Shown one piece after another: positions 38,670-52,859 of a DNA stretch of 64,000 nucleotides. The stretch lies in NCBI RefSeq assembly GCF_001194135.2, contig NC_068992.1, positions 4,364,066 through 4,428,065 of the forward strand, in the 5' to 3' direction. The stretch's first letter is position 1. Every line of letters begins with the position of its first letter. Both the position numbers and the translations under genes were made by a program. The stretch is from Octopus bimaculoides (lineage: Eukaryota). The notes beneath the pieces were generated by a model that did not search any database, was not told the origin of the DNA, and was given only the letters and a program-made list of their open reading frames with translations.

Positions 38670-39162
38670 CGTAAATATAGGAATCTGTTCATACGCACAC
38701 ACAGAAACACTAAGAAACGTACACTCGCACACACATATATGTATTCTTATAATTTTCCCTTCTATCGTTAATTTCTAGAAATAATGTCAAAAAGAAAATC
38801 TAGATAAAATCTATCTAGATATTAATTTTCTTTTATCAGCTTTGTATATCCTATATATATCTTTCATTAAAAACATGTTTTTGCCTTCCAATTCAACATC
38901 TATTTCTTTTTTTTTTCTTCTTCTTCATCTTGATATTCTCCAAACAGAATATTCCACTTTCTTTTTCTTACTGTGATTTGCTTTAATTACATTTTAGCTT
39001 GAACTGTACATTTACTGGTATCATTATTTTTACATATTTTTATTCGTGTTTTTCTAAAAAAACTATCTTCCTTTCGTTTATTTCGCATTTTTCTTTGAAC
39101 GCTTGTATCTATCTAATTATATATACACGCATATGAATGGATACAGAAATGTATACGTTTAT

Positions 39163-39258
<96 letters not shown>

Positions 39259-39661
39259 GTTCATGTGTATGTTCAAGTGTGTGTATACATACGCACATAA
39301 ATACATACATACGTATATACTATGTAATCACACGTACCTGACGCCCAGGCGCCTGCAGCTGAAGTGGCGCCATGCTCAGATAAAAAGCAAAATAAACATT
39401 TTTATAATAGAAAATGAGAAATAAAATGAATTAATAAAAAAATTAGAAAGTCCTGCTAAATAAAACCTATTTCAATCTAATATAAGATATCACATACCTT
39501 CGCGTACTGTCGCATACGTCTGTCGAATTATCATATATCGAATACATATATGATGTATATCGAATACATGAAAGCGCACGTACGCACGCACACGCACACA
39601 CACACACACGAACACAGAAAATATTTACTCGTTTCTCTCATGGTTGAGCTACACATACATG

Positions 39662-39695
<34 letters not shown>

Positions 39696-40184
39696 CATAC
39701 ATATGTATATATAAATAAGGGTCTGTTCACCTGAATGCTCCCGCGACATTCAAAAACGTACATAAAGTGAGCAAGTTAAAATTTTCAATTTAAATAAAGT
39801 ATTATTAGCATTATTAAATATACTAATAATATCAAAGTGGCCAGCAAACTTAATCTTAATAGACAAAATATATAAAAATAAATGAGAGTACTGAAATACG
39901 AACCAGCTTGCTAGAAATAGGAGACAGCACTCGAAAGATACAATCTCTCACTCTAAGTAAACATGCACGGTTAATGGCGGGGAATATAAGAAAAATAGAC
40001 CTTACATTTGCAAAAACTACAAAGTAAAGAACAGGTATATTGGCATCAATTTAATTCATCTTTTGTGCGTTAGCACTTGTGATCGACTGCCAAGTTTACT
40101 GTACCTCTTGTTTATCCTCAATTTAATCCATTTATTTTCAAAACAGCGAAGCGGAAGAGCTGCAAAATCTTTCTATTGAATTAT

Positions 40185-40395
40185 ATCTCTTAGAGGCACA
40201 AGGTCTGAAACATCGAGGACAGGTTAATCGATCGCATTGATCAACGTATTTTTGCACGTATTTCATGTTATCGTATCGAAAAGACGAAAATCCAAGCCGG
40301 TGCGGCTGGATTGGAGCTTCGCACATAAAAAACCCAGAAGAAATGTCGCTGAATATTTCAACCGACGCGCTAAAGGTATTGCGAGATCGTCGCCT
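40185..40395 (-). mobile_element. Strongly diverged SINE family A
   Basis: aggcacaaggtctgaaac...ttatcgtatcgaaaagacgaaa...gaaatgtcgctgaatatttc...gcgctaaag...tcgcc keeps the family order. Confidence 0.55.
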
Positions 40396-41372
40396 CAAGC
40401 TTTATATAGAATGCTTGTACATGTTCCGACCCTTGGTGCTCTGGCTCCATATCCCGCCGAGGTGAAATATGCATTGTTTAGTAGTGAATAGAAACGTACC
40501 ATACCAGAGTAGTGTATTAATGAAACTGCTAGAGGGATGGATAAGGTGCCTGGGGGATTCTAGGCCCGATTAACGTCAATGGCACTGGTGCTAAGCGATA
40601 TCGGCCTAAGTCGGCGGCTTTTCCTTTTGGTTAAATACATGTGATACGCCGTGGGATGACATGAATCCATGGTTAAACGCCGGTATTACTACATATATCC
40701 ATTCCATGCTTTCACATACATGTGCAGATACGTAGCAGACCTTGTCCGATGGATAACCTACACTGGTATTTTAAATCTGTCAGTTGGGTATTCATCATTG
40801 TCAATCCAATAATATGATTTTGAATATTTTCATAATTTAGAACTGTGTTTTTAGACGTGGTAAAAGCATCAACACTTCACACAGAACATGGGTTCTATAA
40901 ATGCTATATACATTACTTTTTATATCAATTAATATTCCACAGAGTCGCAAGTGGTCTTATACTGCATCGAAACAAGAATGCCTTGTTTGAGAAAAACAAT
41001 CCTTTAACATTAGAAGAATAGAAGTGGGTCTAAAAATGGTCTCAGTCTCTATTATGAGCTGAACTCATAACAACACTACCAAACAGATGATTACGAGTAC
41101 ACGTTCACAAAGTTAGGTTCTCTGTACTCGATTTTGATAATGGAGTACATATCTGCGTACATTCACATGTATTTATGTGTACGCATATACGTACGAACGT
41201 ATGTACGTATTTTTGTAGGTATGTAGTATGCATGCATGCATTTATGTATGTATATATGTACGTATGTAAGTACGTATGCGTGTGTACGTGTATATGTATG
41301 CATCTATAAATGTACTTGCGTGAGAATATCTAAACGTATACACATGGTTGTGTTTGTATTGGCGTGTTTGTG

Positions 41373-41411
<39 letters not shown>

Positions 41412-42257
41412 GTCATGTACCCAGTAACGTATCTATATGTACATGTGGATGAAGGTATATACATACATGTACATATATATGCATATACTCATATATTGTT
41501 TATATATATATATATATATATATTGTTTATANNNNNNNNNNNNNNNNNNNNNNNNNNNNNNNNNNNNNNNNNNNNNNNNNNNNNNNNNNNNNNNNNNNNN
41601 NNNNNNNNNNNNNNNNNNNNNNNNNNNNNNNNNNNNNNNNNNNNNNNNNNNNNNNNNNNNNNNNNNNNNNNNNNNNNNNNNNNNNNNNNNNNNNNNNNNN
41701 NNNNNNNNNNNNNNNNNNNNNNNNNNNNNNNNNNNNNNNNNNNNNNNNNNNNNNNNNNNNNNNNNNNNNNNNNNNNNNNNNNNNNNNNNNNNNNNNNNNN
41801 NNNNNNNNNNNNNNNNATATATACACATACAAACACACTGTCTGTCTGTCTGTCTATCTGTTCATGTCCCTCATCATTGTTTACCTCCATCTCTAGGCAT
41901 TTTCTGTGTTTTCTTTTATTCATTTCTTCTGGTATTTTTTCATTCTTCTACTTCCATCTCTCTCTTTCTGTCTCATAGGCAATTTTTCATCCACTGAGCA
42001 AATCAGTCTTATTTTTCTCTTTCACCTTGTGACATAGTTTCTTCTTGTTTGTTTCTATTGTGTTTCTGTATATATCTCTTCTCTCACAGATACTCAAACT
42101 TCGACTGTAGCAATATTTAATTCAATTGTTCTTCTTTCATCCTTTATTTCGTCCTTTCTTGTCCTTCACATCTTTTTTTATTTATCGTACTTTGATTGCT
42201 GCTATTTATCTGTCTCTCTCGCTGTGTATCCGAACGTCTGCCTGTCTACCTGCCTGC

Positions 42258-42298
<41 letters not shown>

Positions 42299-43055
42299 NN
42301 NNNNNNNNTGTGTGTGTGAGTGTGTGTGTGTGAGTGTGTGTGTGTGAGTGTGTGTGCGTGTGTATATTTCCATGTATATATATATGATGCACCTATATGT
42401 ATTTGTGTGTGTGTATGTATGGATGTACGCATGTATGTAGGTATGTATGTATGTATGTATATACGTATGTATGTTGGTACCTATTTATCTATCCATTATC
42501 TCATAACCATCGTTTTCAATCTAAATTTCTTTTCACCTGTAACTCCCCACCTTTCAATTAATATGACATTCTTTTCTTTCTCAACCATCCTCCCCCTGCA
42601 TCTCTCTACTACTTGCGCTCAATCATCTTACAACACCGCTTTTCACTTTAGTACAAATACAAATGTGATACGTTAAAAAAAAAAACCAAGTAAATAAACA
42701 TATCAGTAAATAAAAAAAAAAGAAATTCTCAAAAAATCCAAAAAGAAACAACAGTTTATTCTCGAATGTTCCTGGAAGCAACTATATTAGTTGAAAGACA
42801 CCATACCATATCCTTGTTTTGAAATTATACTATTTCTTTTCCTTCTTATTTAGTATTGCACTAGTTTATGCCTAAACTATGCCAACGTTTCTGGAGACTA
42901 CGACAAGGAGACGGACGTAGTTGTAAATGCGCATGCGCACTTCTATTAGTTTGTGACAGTATTTATTTTTCTATATATGTATATACATGTATATTTACAC
43001 ATACATGCATAATGAAAGTAAGAAAATGTTTAAGGAACAGGAGGTTATAAAATGA

Positions 43056-43115
43056 ACATCCTTTTGCTTACAGCTGTTTCTTCGATCGCTTTATAGTAAA
43101 GCTTTCATTTTTAGG
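43056..43115 (-). other. Decayed hammerhead-like 3' half (GAAACAGCTGTA)
   Basis: Minus strand reads TGA-aagcttta-cta-taaagc...GAAAC-AGCT-GTA...aaggatgt; CTGA core is broken. Confidence 0.35.
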
Positions 43116-43824
43116 CAAAGAGAAACACCTAATTTCGAAAGTGATAAACCATTGAATGTTAGGTATAAAAAATGCCAGCGTATTACTGGTGGGCCCTTGG
43201 GTTGAGTTTTCCCTGTAGATTTCCCTCCAACAATTTCTATAAAAGACGTTTCATTTATGTTTAACGACTAATCAGTTTGTACAAATTTTCTGTCATAATT
43301 ACCATAGCCTTCAAAGCAGAGCACTCTGAGAAGTAATGAAATAAACTAATTCAATAACACGAAGTAGATTCATTAGCATGTAATGTATTAATAGAATTAA
43401 ATGTGTTATTTTTGAATCAAGAGAGAAGATCCTTAATTAATTACTACTTATACCACTTACATATCAATGCGACTACTTCTAAGGCACCACAATGTGTGCT
43501 GGCTTGTGTACAAATATAGTTTCTTATTTCTCCATTGTTATTTAAAACGGCTGACACCAACTATTTGCTTCGATTTCTTTACAATCGTCGAGTAGAGATA
43601 AAATAATATAAATTGTTTTTTTTTTTACATATGTATAACAGGGTGAAATTTTTATCTCAAACGTGATTGGAGGAAAAAGCAGAATTTAGAGAGAAATGTT
43701 AACGAGCAACAAATATGGACGGTTAAGAAAAAAGGAACAGATTTTTTCAAGAAATGTGGCACCTGTGAGTGTAATGTCTGAACTACAACATAGCCAATAG
43801 CATCTACATTAACAACATCACAAG

Positions 43825-43871
43825 CTTCCTCCTCCACCTCCTCCTCCTTCTCCTTCTCTTCCACTTCCGCC

Positions 43872-43905
<34 letters not shown>

Positions 43906-43953
43906 TTCTCCTCCTCCTCCTCCTCCTCCTCCTCCTCATTTCTTCTTCTTCTT

Positions 43954-43984
<31 letters not shown>

Positions 43985-44015
43985 TCCTCATCCGCCTCTT
44001 TTTCTTCTTCTTGTG
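43825..44015. repeat. Compound (CCT)n/(CAT)n/(TTC)n microsatellite
   Basis: Direct reading. Confidence 0.9.
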
Positions 44016-44127
44016 AAGAATTATCCAATTAAACATACACACATGCATACATATCCTTTTAATCTTTTACTCTTTTACAAGTTTCAGCACTAAGGCTGTG
44101 GCCATGCTGGAGCACACACAAACTTAG

Positions 44128-44345
44128 AGGCGTGGTTGTATGGTAAGAAGTTTGCTTCCTGACTTCATGGTTCTGGGTTCAGACCTACTGCCTGGTACTT
44201 TCAACAGAAAAATCTTCTATTATAGCGTCCGGAGGACCAACTACTTATGAGTGGATTTGGTAGACGGTAACTGAAAGATGCCCATTGCATATATACATGT
44301 GTGTGTATGTGTGTGTCTGTGCGTGTATGCTCGCGCGCGTGTGTT
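44128..44345 (+). mobile_element. SINE family C, 5' half; a minus-strand tail fragment lies at 44064-44114
   Basis: ggcgtggttgtatggtaagaagtttgcttcc...ctgggttcaga...gagtggatttggtagacggtaactgaaag. Confidence 0.8.
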
Positions 44346-45845
44346 ATCCATTTCGTTTAACCCGGGTCATCGCTAATTGAGGAAATCTACAGTGTAAGTC
44401 ATTCGAGCTCTGATCATTTCTGTCACCACCATATTTTCAGGCGTATTATAAATAGGATTATGTTTTCCTAAATGCTATTCTTTTCGATAAAATTTGGATC
44501 CATTACCGTCCAATTTCTCCTACAGACAGGAAACACATTTAGTCACATAACCTAATATGGAAGGAGGATTTATGGAGAATTGGCTACTATCGGTTCTTGA
44601 TACCATTCTGTACACATAGACTCGTTATATTTCATTAGCTAGATATCATGTAGTTGATAAGGGCAAGTATAACTTCTGAGATAGAGGGTGGCAAATATTA
44701 ATATTTTCAAGGGTATTTTGTAGCTGGACGTAGGAAGCTATCACCCATGACACGCGAAGACTTCCGGTGAGGATAAGGAAGCGAAGAAGAAACCACGACT
44801 GATTGGCTGCTGAAGGTATGAATTTATCCTCAGACCAAAATATCTACTATGATAACCATACCAACGTAGACACTGCCTAAAACACCTAGGAGACAAGTGA
44901 TACTATTGAACTCGAAAACAGATTTCGACTGATTGGTACGGTTGGTTTAAAAGAGCAAGCGTAGATTTAATAGGAAGGGAAGAACTACAAATACGAGAGA
45001 CAGCACACATATGTGGACTTGTGGTTCGAACAGATTAGTAAGTAGATCATTTTTCAATACGTAAGACTGACATTGTGGCGAGCGGAGTGTGGATGGTGTT
45101 CGATCGTATGGTTTGTTTGTGTCAATAACTGTTGCTTTTATTGTAAAAGATTTGCTAAATTATATTTCTTTCATTTCTAGGCAAGTGTACAACTGATAAA
45201 ATATTTGCATATATTAAATAACAAAGCGAAGGAAATAAAGGGACCGATAATAATAATAAAAAAGATGGTTTGTCGTCTTTATTGTTTCAATATCTTTTCA
45301 TTCCTGGTAGTCTTTGCAAAAGTTGTCATTTCATATTTCCAGCAATAATGGCGGCAAGTTAGCAGAATCAATCATTAAATGTATTAAACCATAGACCATT
45401 CTTCTTTCTATGTATTGAATTCAAATCCCCGCTGGTAAAGACTTTCACTGTCACTTCTCACCGCACCACACATAGTACGGTCGTTAAAATAAGAAATATT
45501 GGTAGTCGATTTTATCGACCGCACTCACATACTAGAATGTTTTTTTTTTCAAATGTCAAGGGTTCGTGTGTTTAGCGGAAGGATACATACATACATACGT
45601 AGATACGTGTGTCTCAGTACATAGATATATATATGTACAAACACACATATATACATATAACCATGTGTGTATGTTTATGTTTGTAAGGTAGGTGGTTATA
45701 AGCATAAAAGCACCAATCATCAAGTGAATTAAAATATTCATAACGATATAGAGTCTGATAATTATAATTTTTATTGATAGTGACTTCGAAGTTTCCACAG
45801 AAATTGTTATGTATGTATGTATGTATGTATGTATGTATATGTGTA

Positions 45846-45890
<45 letters not shown>

Positions 45891-45894
<4 letters not shown>

Positions 45895-46000
45895 AACATA
45901 ATTAAGGGATCAGCAAACATTTGCTTCACCACATACCGAAGTTCAGAAATAGCAGCTCATAGTAATTTAATAAATTGATAAACCTTTACCCTTTTAATTT

Positions 46001-46006
<6 letters not shown>
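45891..46006. mobile_element. About 115-bp MITE-like element with short terminal inverted repeats, between two (TA)n arrays
   Basis: tataaacataattaaggg ... cccttttaatttgtttata. Confidence 0.5.
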
Positions 46007-46038
<32 letters not shown>

Positions 46039-46044
46039 ACTTGA

Positions 46045-46335
46045 AGGATTTTAGCAAACAAATCGACCCCTGTAATTACTCAGTTTCTTTTGCGAATCTC
46101 TAAGTTGCTAAGCGGTAAACAAACCAGCTCTGTCTATTAAACAGAGGTGGGCGAGCAGAAACGCAGACAGGTGCGCGCATACAGACGCACACATTATATG
46201 TATACATATACGACGGGCTTCTTTCAGTTTCCGTCTTCCAAACCCTTACAAGGTTTGGTCGAGCCTACGCAGATGGTGTGAAGTCAGAACCATGTTATTG
46301 AGAAGCAAACTTCTTATCGCACAGCCATACAAGCG
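46045..46335 (-). mobile_element. SINE family C, internally deleted
   Basis: gacgggcttctttcagtttccgtcttccaaa...gaagcaaacttcttatcgcacagccatac. Confidence 0.75.
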
Positions 46336-46849
46336 CACAGATACATTTGCCCAAAACAAATGCTACACTGCATCTTCCGACGATCAAACTAATTTAAACC
46401 TTGGTGAGGAAAGAGGTTGGATGGTGATATTAATATGTCACTTAAGGAATCGAACAGAATAAATACTTGGCGCCAAGAGTAATGAAAGAACATGATGGAG
46501 AGGCAGAAAACACTGCGAAAACGATAAATAGGATGACAATGAAATGAATGAAGCCATGAATAGACGAAATTTTGTAAGGTAAATCAGGTTAAAAGGTTTT
46601 TTACATAGCAAATGCAATTTAAAGAAAATCAAATATTTTACCCCACTCAAAAACTATTCTTTCGAAATTTCCTCGGCGAAGGCGGCGTCGCTGTTTCACA
46701 AATCTAAAAGAAGCTATTAAGCTTTTGAGCAACATTTGGTTAATTCCGACTAATACACAAGTGAGATTAATTGATTAAAAAAAGTTGGAAATGCAATGGA
46801 AAAGACCAGCCTTAAAGCAAGTAGAAATAAAAGTGAGAAAAGGGGGGAA

Positions 46850-47168
46850 GTAATTAAGAAAGATGTCTAATTGGGAGACACCTAGTTCTGATGAGATGGA
46901 GTATTTCTAGCTTGAGAGTCATTCCAATTTACAAGAAAAAATGCGGCATGATGGAAGAGTACCCAAAAGATGGATGAGAGAACGACACTTTTGATTGAAT
47001 GATAATTACAAAGCAACAGTTGTTGAGAAATTATCATCCTGTAAAATGTTTAAATGTGCTTTGGAAACTTTTAACGTGTCTGCTACTGAACAAACATAAT
47101 AACGATTTATACTAAATTATCTTTTTCCTGTGGCATAAAGTAGACTGAGGAAGGGTCACACTGACCAG
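46850..47168 (+). pseudogene. R4/Dong-type reverse transcriptase fragment, decayed
   Basis: Pieces translate LRKMSNWETPSSDEMEYF*L...GRVPKRWM, NYHPVKCLNVLWKLLTCLL (47029-47085) and FPVA*SRLRKGHTDQ, in the order of the R4-clade motifs NWK-PG-D, NYRPI-CL-WKLLT and EQKG-R-DQL. Confidence 0.7.
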
Positions 47169-47177
47169 AAATGTTGT

Positions 47178-47632
47178 AATTGTTTTCAAATTTTGGCACA
47201 AGGCCAGCAATTTCGAAGAAAAGGGTAAATCGATTTGATCGACCCCAAGTACCCAACTGGTATTTCATTTATCGACACCAGAAGGTTAAAAACAAAGCCG
47301 ACCTCAGCGGAATTTCATTTCCGAATGTGAAAACGGACGAAATGCCGGTAAGCATTTTACTCGGTATGCTAATAATTATTCTGCCAGCTCGTGTCCTAAA
47401 TTTAATCATAATTAATGCTTTCAAATGTTGACACAAGGGCAAGAATCTCTGGGGACGGGCTAAGTCGATGAAATCGACCCCAGTGCTCAACTGGCACTTA
47501 ATTTATCGACCCCCGAAAGGTTAAAAGGCAAAGTCGACTTCACCGGTATTTGATCTCAGAACGTGAAGACGGACGAAATACCGCTAAGCATGTTATCCGG
47601 GGGCTAATAATCATTCTACCTGCCCGACGCCT
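47178..47632 (-). mobile_element. Two co-oriented SINE family A copies (47178-47395, 47410-47632)
   Basis: Both have ttttatcgac...aaaggcaaag...gacct...gaattt...gacggacgaaat...ctaagcat. Confidence 0.88.
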
Positions 47633-48787
47633 TAAATGATTCTAGTAATTGATTGTACGTCAGGGGTAGATTTAAATGCAGAGCTCTAATCTTGTGCCTC
47701 GACCACCACTAGTAATGTGCGTGATGACGATGTTTGTCATTGCTGAAAGTGTTATCAACACCTTAACATTTAGCAAGTAAAAGAAATTTATGTTGGTTAT
47801 AAAAATGCTGGGTCTGTCCACATTATTTATAGTTTTTACAAGATTATTCTTTTACTACGATATTATTTGTGTTATTCTCGATGCATTCGTCAAGAATAAT
47901 ACATGCGACTGGGATTGACTACGACTCAGAAAGGAAGTTCCATTGATTAAGCATGTATTTATAAAACGGTTTACTCAGTCATAAAATAAAACCGATATAC
48001 TTGTAAAGACTATGCTAGAGTTGCCAGGATGTCGTGATGCTAAACGTCATTCCATAGGAATGGGGTTTAGCGTTTCACATGTATGATTTAGTTAGTGTGA
48101 AAAGAGGTAACAGAAAGGGAGGAAGAGAATGTGTGTAAGAGAAAGAGAGAGAAAGTAAGATAGAAAGAGAGGGAGAGTGTGTGAGTAAGTGAGAGAGAGA
48201 GAGAGAGAGATGCAGCTGCATGCATTTGCCATGTAGAGAGATTATTGGTGATCCTCAAAAGTTTGGCTACAAATATCTAGGATAAAAAAATGAAAAGAAA
48301 ATTCCAGACAAAGAAGCTGCTGCAGTCGATTTCAATGGAGAATGGACTTGGGCCTCGTCGACTAAATCCTAAAATTCCCATTTCTTTTTGTTGTGGGATA
48401 TATCGAGTGTGCCCTCTCAGGCCACCATATATTCAACCATGACAATTGTTTTGAGATTCCTAGATAGTAGAAACATGTCTGGTTGGAGTGATGTATATGT
48501 AGATGAGTGTATTCGGATCAGTGAATCTGTGTGTTTGTATGTGTGTACGCGTGTGTATGTGCGTATGTACGTATGTCTATATATCACTGGACAGAACAGT
48601 ACGCATTGATATTCAATATACATTTATATGCATACACAGTTTATGTTGATGCAGTCACATCTAAAACGTGGATATATTTTCACACACAACTATATTACAT
48701 CCGTGCATACACACTATTGTAATATTTATATATATATATACATATTTATATATACATACATACATATATACACACACACATATATAT

Positions 48788-48880
<93 letters not shown>

Positions 48881-49005
48881 TACATATGTACACGTATATA
48901 TACATATTCATACATACATATATGTATATATGTGTATATATGTATATATATGTATATATATATGTGTGTGTATGTGTATGAGCGTGCGTGTATATATATA
49001 TATAT

Positions 49006-49048
<43 letters not shown>

Positions 49049-49057
49049 TAGAGAGAA

Positions 49058-49100
<43 letters not shown>

Positions 49101-50339
49101 GAGGGAGATGAATGCACACTTATATTCTTATCAAATAAATTCAAATATATATTATGGGAATGCATACAAACATATACACACATAGAAAGACATACGCAGA
49201 TATATAGGAATATATATACATAACACTGATAGAACCGTAGATGTTAGATAGACAGAATCACAATCTTCCAGTTACATACATATGTACGTACAGTTATACA
49301 TACATACATACATACATACATAGATACATGCATACATACATACATGGATTCATGAATTTTTATATATACATATATGCATATATATATGCCTATATATACA
49401 TGTATACATGGAAATTTATGTGTATATATGTATATAAATGTACATATGTGTATGTGTGTACGAGTTTGTGTGCGTGTGTNNNNNNNNNNNNNNNNNNNNN
49501 NNNNNNNNNNNNNNNNNNNNNNNNNNNNNNNNNNNNNNNNNNNNNNNNNNNNNNNNNNNNNNNNNNNNNNNNNNNNNNNNNNNNNNNNNNNNNNNNNNNN
49601 NNNNNNNNNNNNNNNNNNNNNNNNNNNNNNNNNNNNNNNNNNNNNNNNNNNNNNNNNNNNNNNNNNNNNNNNNNNNNNNNNNNNNNNNNNNNNNNNNNNN
49701 NNNNNNNNNNNNNNNNNNNNNNNNNNNNNNNNNNNNNNNNNNNNNNNNNNNNNNNNNNNATATATATATACATATAGTTACAAGAACTCATACGTCTGTT
49801 CCTGAGTGTGTACGTATCCGTCATTTTGTACGTGAATAAGTCGTTTCGTTTTTTTTCCCCATTATTTGTTTCATTTTATATGTATGTTTGTTTTGCTTTT
49901 CTTCTTCTTCTTCTTCTTCTTCCAATCTGTCATTAGTTCTCTGCCTTTCTGTCTCTACCTTTAACTATGTCTCTCTTTTTATTTCTCTCGCTCTGTGTCA
50001 ATGTACGCTATAATGAAGTCTGTAAACAAACATCGTTAGCACGCTATCTGTTGCACACATCTGCAAGACTTGGCGCAAGACATTTGACAAGGGAAAGAAC
50101 TGTGGTGGGCCTAATGTGAAAGCTCTACATTCTTCTGCAGCCGTTTGGCTTGTTTATTATAATAGGCTAAGAATGGAAGATTAAACATAAATAGGAGCAA
50201 CGTTCAGACATGTACGCGGTGATAGACACTAAATCACGCAACACACACGCACGCACACACGCACACACACACTACGCACGTGCACACACACAGACACACA
50301 CACACATACACACGCACGTGCACACACACACACACACAC

Positions 50340-50382
<43 letters not shown>

Positions 50383-50583
50383 CTTACACACAGAATGGAG
50401 TCGGGATTTGACAAGAATTGTGTTGCCCATGATTTTAAATGTTCCTGATTATATTTCTTCTAATTACTTTTATATAGCGTAACAATAGTTATTTAGCACA
50501 GGAATACACCGTGTAAATTAATGGCTGCACAAATATACATACATACATTCATACATACATACATACATACATACATACATACC

Positions 50584-50623
<40 letters not shown>

Positions 50624-50889
50624 CATATATATATACCTAGCTAGATACATACATATATACATATATACATACGTATTGATAGGAATGGTATGAGAACAAA
50701 AGAATGAAAAAGACCTCGATATTATGTAAATAGAGGAATGAATCTGTAAATATAATATGTGACTGAAGAGATAACTGAAGAGATGCCGGCGCGGGTTCCC
50801 GCCCTGACATCCGAAACTCGGAATCTTATCATAGCTACCGAATATTTATCACATATTATATTTACAGATATATATATNNNNNNNNNNTC

Positions 50890-51069
50890 AAGAGTGGCTG
50901 TGTGGTAAGTAGCTCGCTTACCAACCACAAGGTTACGGGTTCAGTCCCACTGCGTGGCAACTTGGGCAAGTGTCTTCTACTAAAGCTTCGGGCCAACCAA
51001 AGACTTGTGAGTAGATTTGGTAGACGGAAAATGAAAGTAGCCCGTCGTATATATGCATATATATATATG

Positions 51070-51103
<34 letters not shown>

Positions 51104-51171
51104 CGTGTGTGTTTGTCTCCTCCTCCCGCCATCGCTTGACAACCGATGCTGGTGTGTTTACGTTCCCGTAA
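50890..51171 (+). mobile_element. SINE family C with tRNA head, CORE-like motif and internal microsatellite
   Basis: gtggctgtgtggtaag...gggttcagtcccactgcgtggcaacttgggcaagtgtcttctac...gatttggtagacggaaa...gcccgtcgtata-(TA/TG)n. Confidence 0.88.
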
Positions 51172-51566
51172 ATACCCGAACATATCAATGTTGAATAACA
51201 GAATCTGAATATTCCCGTCGTTTTTCTCTGAATGTTTACAGCATCAGGATTTTAACCCACATGGGTTTACGCAGGATTGTATTTAAGGACGTATGCGTTT
51301 GTTCCTACAACATCGGAAATTTGAACTATGAACTTTTAAGCCTCTTTTTTATTCTCTTTCTTCATCTCCCTTTTGTGTATGTTTGTGTAAGTATACGAAA
51401 ATATTGATATATTTATGCATAAACTTATGCAGTGCGTATTTTACATAATAAATATCAATACAATCATAGATATTGGTAGAGATTTACAAAGTCCAATTTA
51501 TACAAACGAATGCGCGCGCACGCATATATACAGGAATACAGATGTGTACTTATAGCAATATCTTGT

Positions 51567-51803
51567 GAAGGCACATGTCTCAGCGGTTCGAACGTGGGGC
51601 ATCTTGAGCAAGGCATATTATTACCCCAGTTATCTCAGCTATAGAAACGAGTGCCATGCTGTATCGGTTTTTGCTTTTCATTTGGAGAACACTGCTGGCG
51701 TGGAGGCTGGTATTCATGGGTGACTGCTGGTCTTCCATGAAAACAACCTTACTTGGAATTATGCCTCGGAGGATAACTTTCTCGGTGCAATCCTATGGTC
51801 ATT
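51567..51803 (+). mobile_element. Degraded tRNA/CORE-type SINE of a further family
   Basis: gaaggcacatgtctcagcggtt head, cttgagcaaggca CORE-like motif, distinct tail ending ggtgcaatcctatggtc. Confidence 0.45.
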
Positions 51804-52859
51804 ATATTATATCTTGTGCGCACAGTGACATGTACGAGTGCGACTCTTGAGTTCAGACCTCCTTGTCCATTATCATACACTTTGCTTCTAATATAACGCT
51901 GCTTAGTTTTGTACTACTATTCTCAATAGTTTTACTGGTTATGATATACAGAGCGAATGCAAAAGAATTCGTGATAAACACAAGTTTTGTACCATTTGTT
52001 CCCTACGTAATTATCGCCGTTGTGGCTGTTTATAATTAGAGCATTGAATGTTCAGAGTGTTGTTGGATGCTTAACGACAACGGTTCATCACGGTCAGTCT
52101 TTATTGTATTGCTATCAGTTCTTAAATCCAATTGTCTGGGCCGCGAAAATAATGAAAAGAAAACATCGTGTGGACGGAGAATGTCGGAATGAATATCTCG
52201 GAGAGGATTCCACGACAATTAAGGACAAATGTGAGATGTTAAGACGTGATGAATATTATGTGAAATATCTGAAAATATCTAAAGGCACGGATGTATTTTC
52301 ACATTCATTCAAACAAATTCCTAGAAGAAAATACATATTCATCTAGATATTTTACAAGAGGTAATCGTTTGAAACATATCTATAGATACATCTTATTCTC
52401 ACACACATGAATGCGAATATCCAGAAATTTCTAGAGTTAGATAAGTGAAACTTGTGTTTTGTTAACAGCTGTTTTCTAGTTGTGGAAACAAGTCAGATTT
52501 AAAGAAAACACCATAAATACGCCGGGAAATGTCTAGACTTTAGCTTGTCACTATTGTTAATGGCTATTTCCTAGACTGTTAGGAAGAATATATCATACAT
52601 ATTGACATATATAAATACAGACAAATATAAATATTCTGTCTAATATTTGGTAAATATGGCAGAGACATTGACCATCACACAAAATATTTATTCCAGTCGA
52701 AATAGTACGCCGTATGACTATAATTATTTATATAAAGGCTGCTTGGTAATCAAGGTCGTTTTCTAATAAAGTCATTTCGAGTACCTCATACTGCGCCTCT
52801 CTAAAATGTCTTCTATTATAGCCTCACACGTCGACAAATGTCATGTGAGTGAACATGGT

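Noticed and set aside
42928-42939. Perfect NRF1-type site TGCGCATGCGCA, also at 15647-15658
   Set aside because: Easily generated within TG/CA/GC-alternating sequence, and no other promoter evidence nearby.
43642-43764. Exon ending at a GTGAGT donor
   Set aside because: All frames from the cag acceptor hit a stop; the open frame needs an acceptor without a pyrimidine tract.
44724-44815. Coding exon
   Set aside because: Stops in all three frames.
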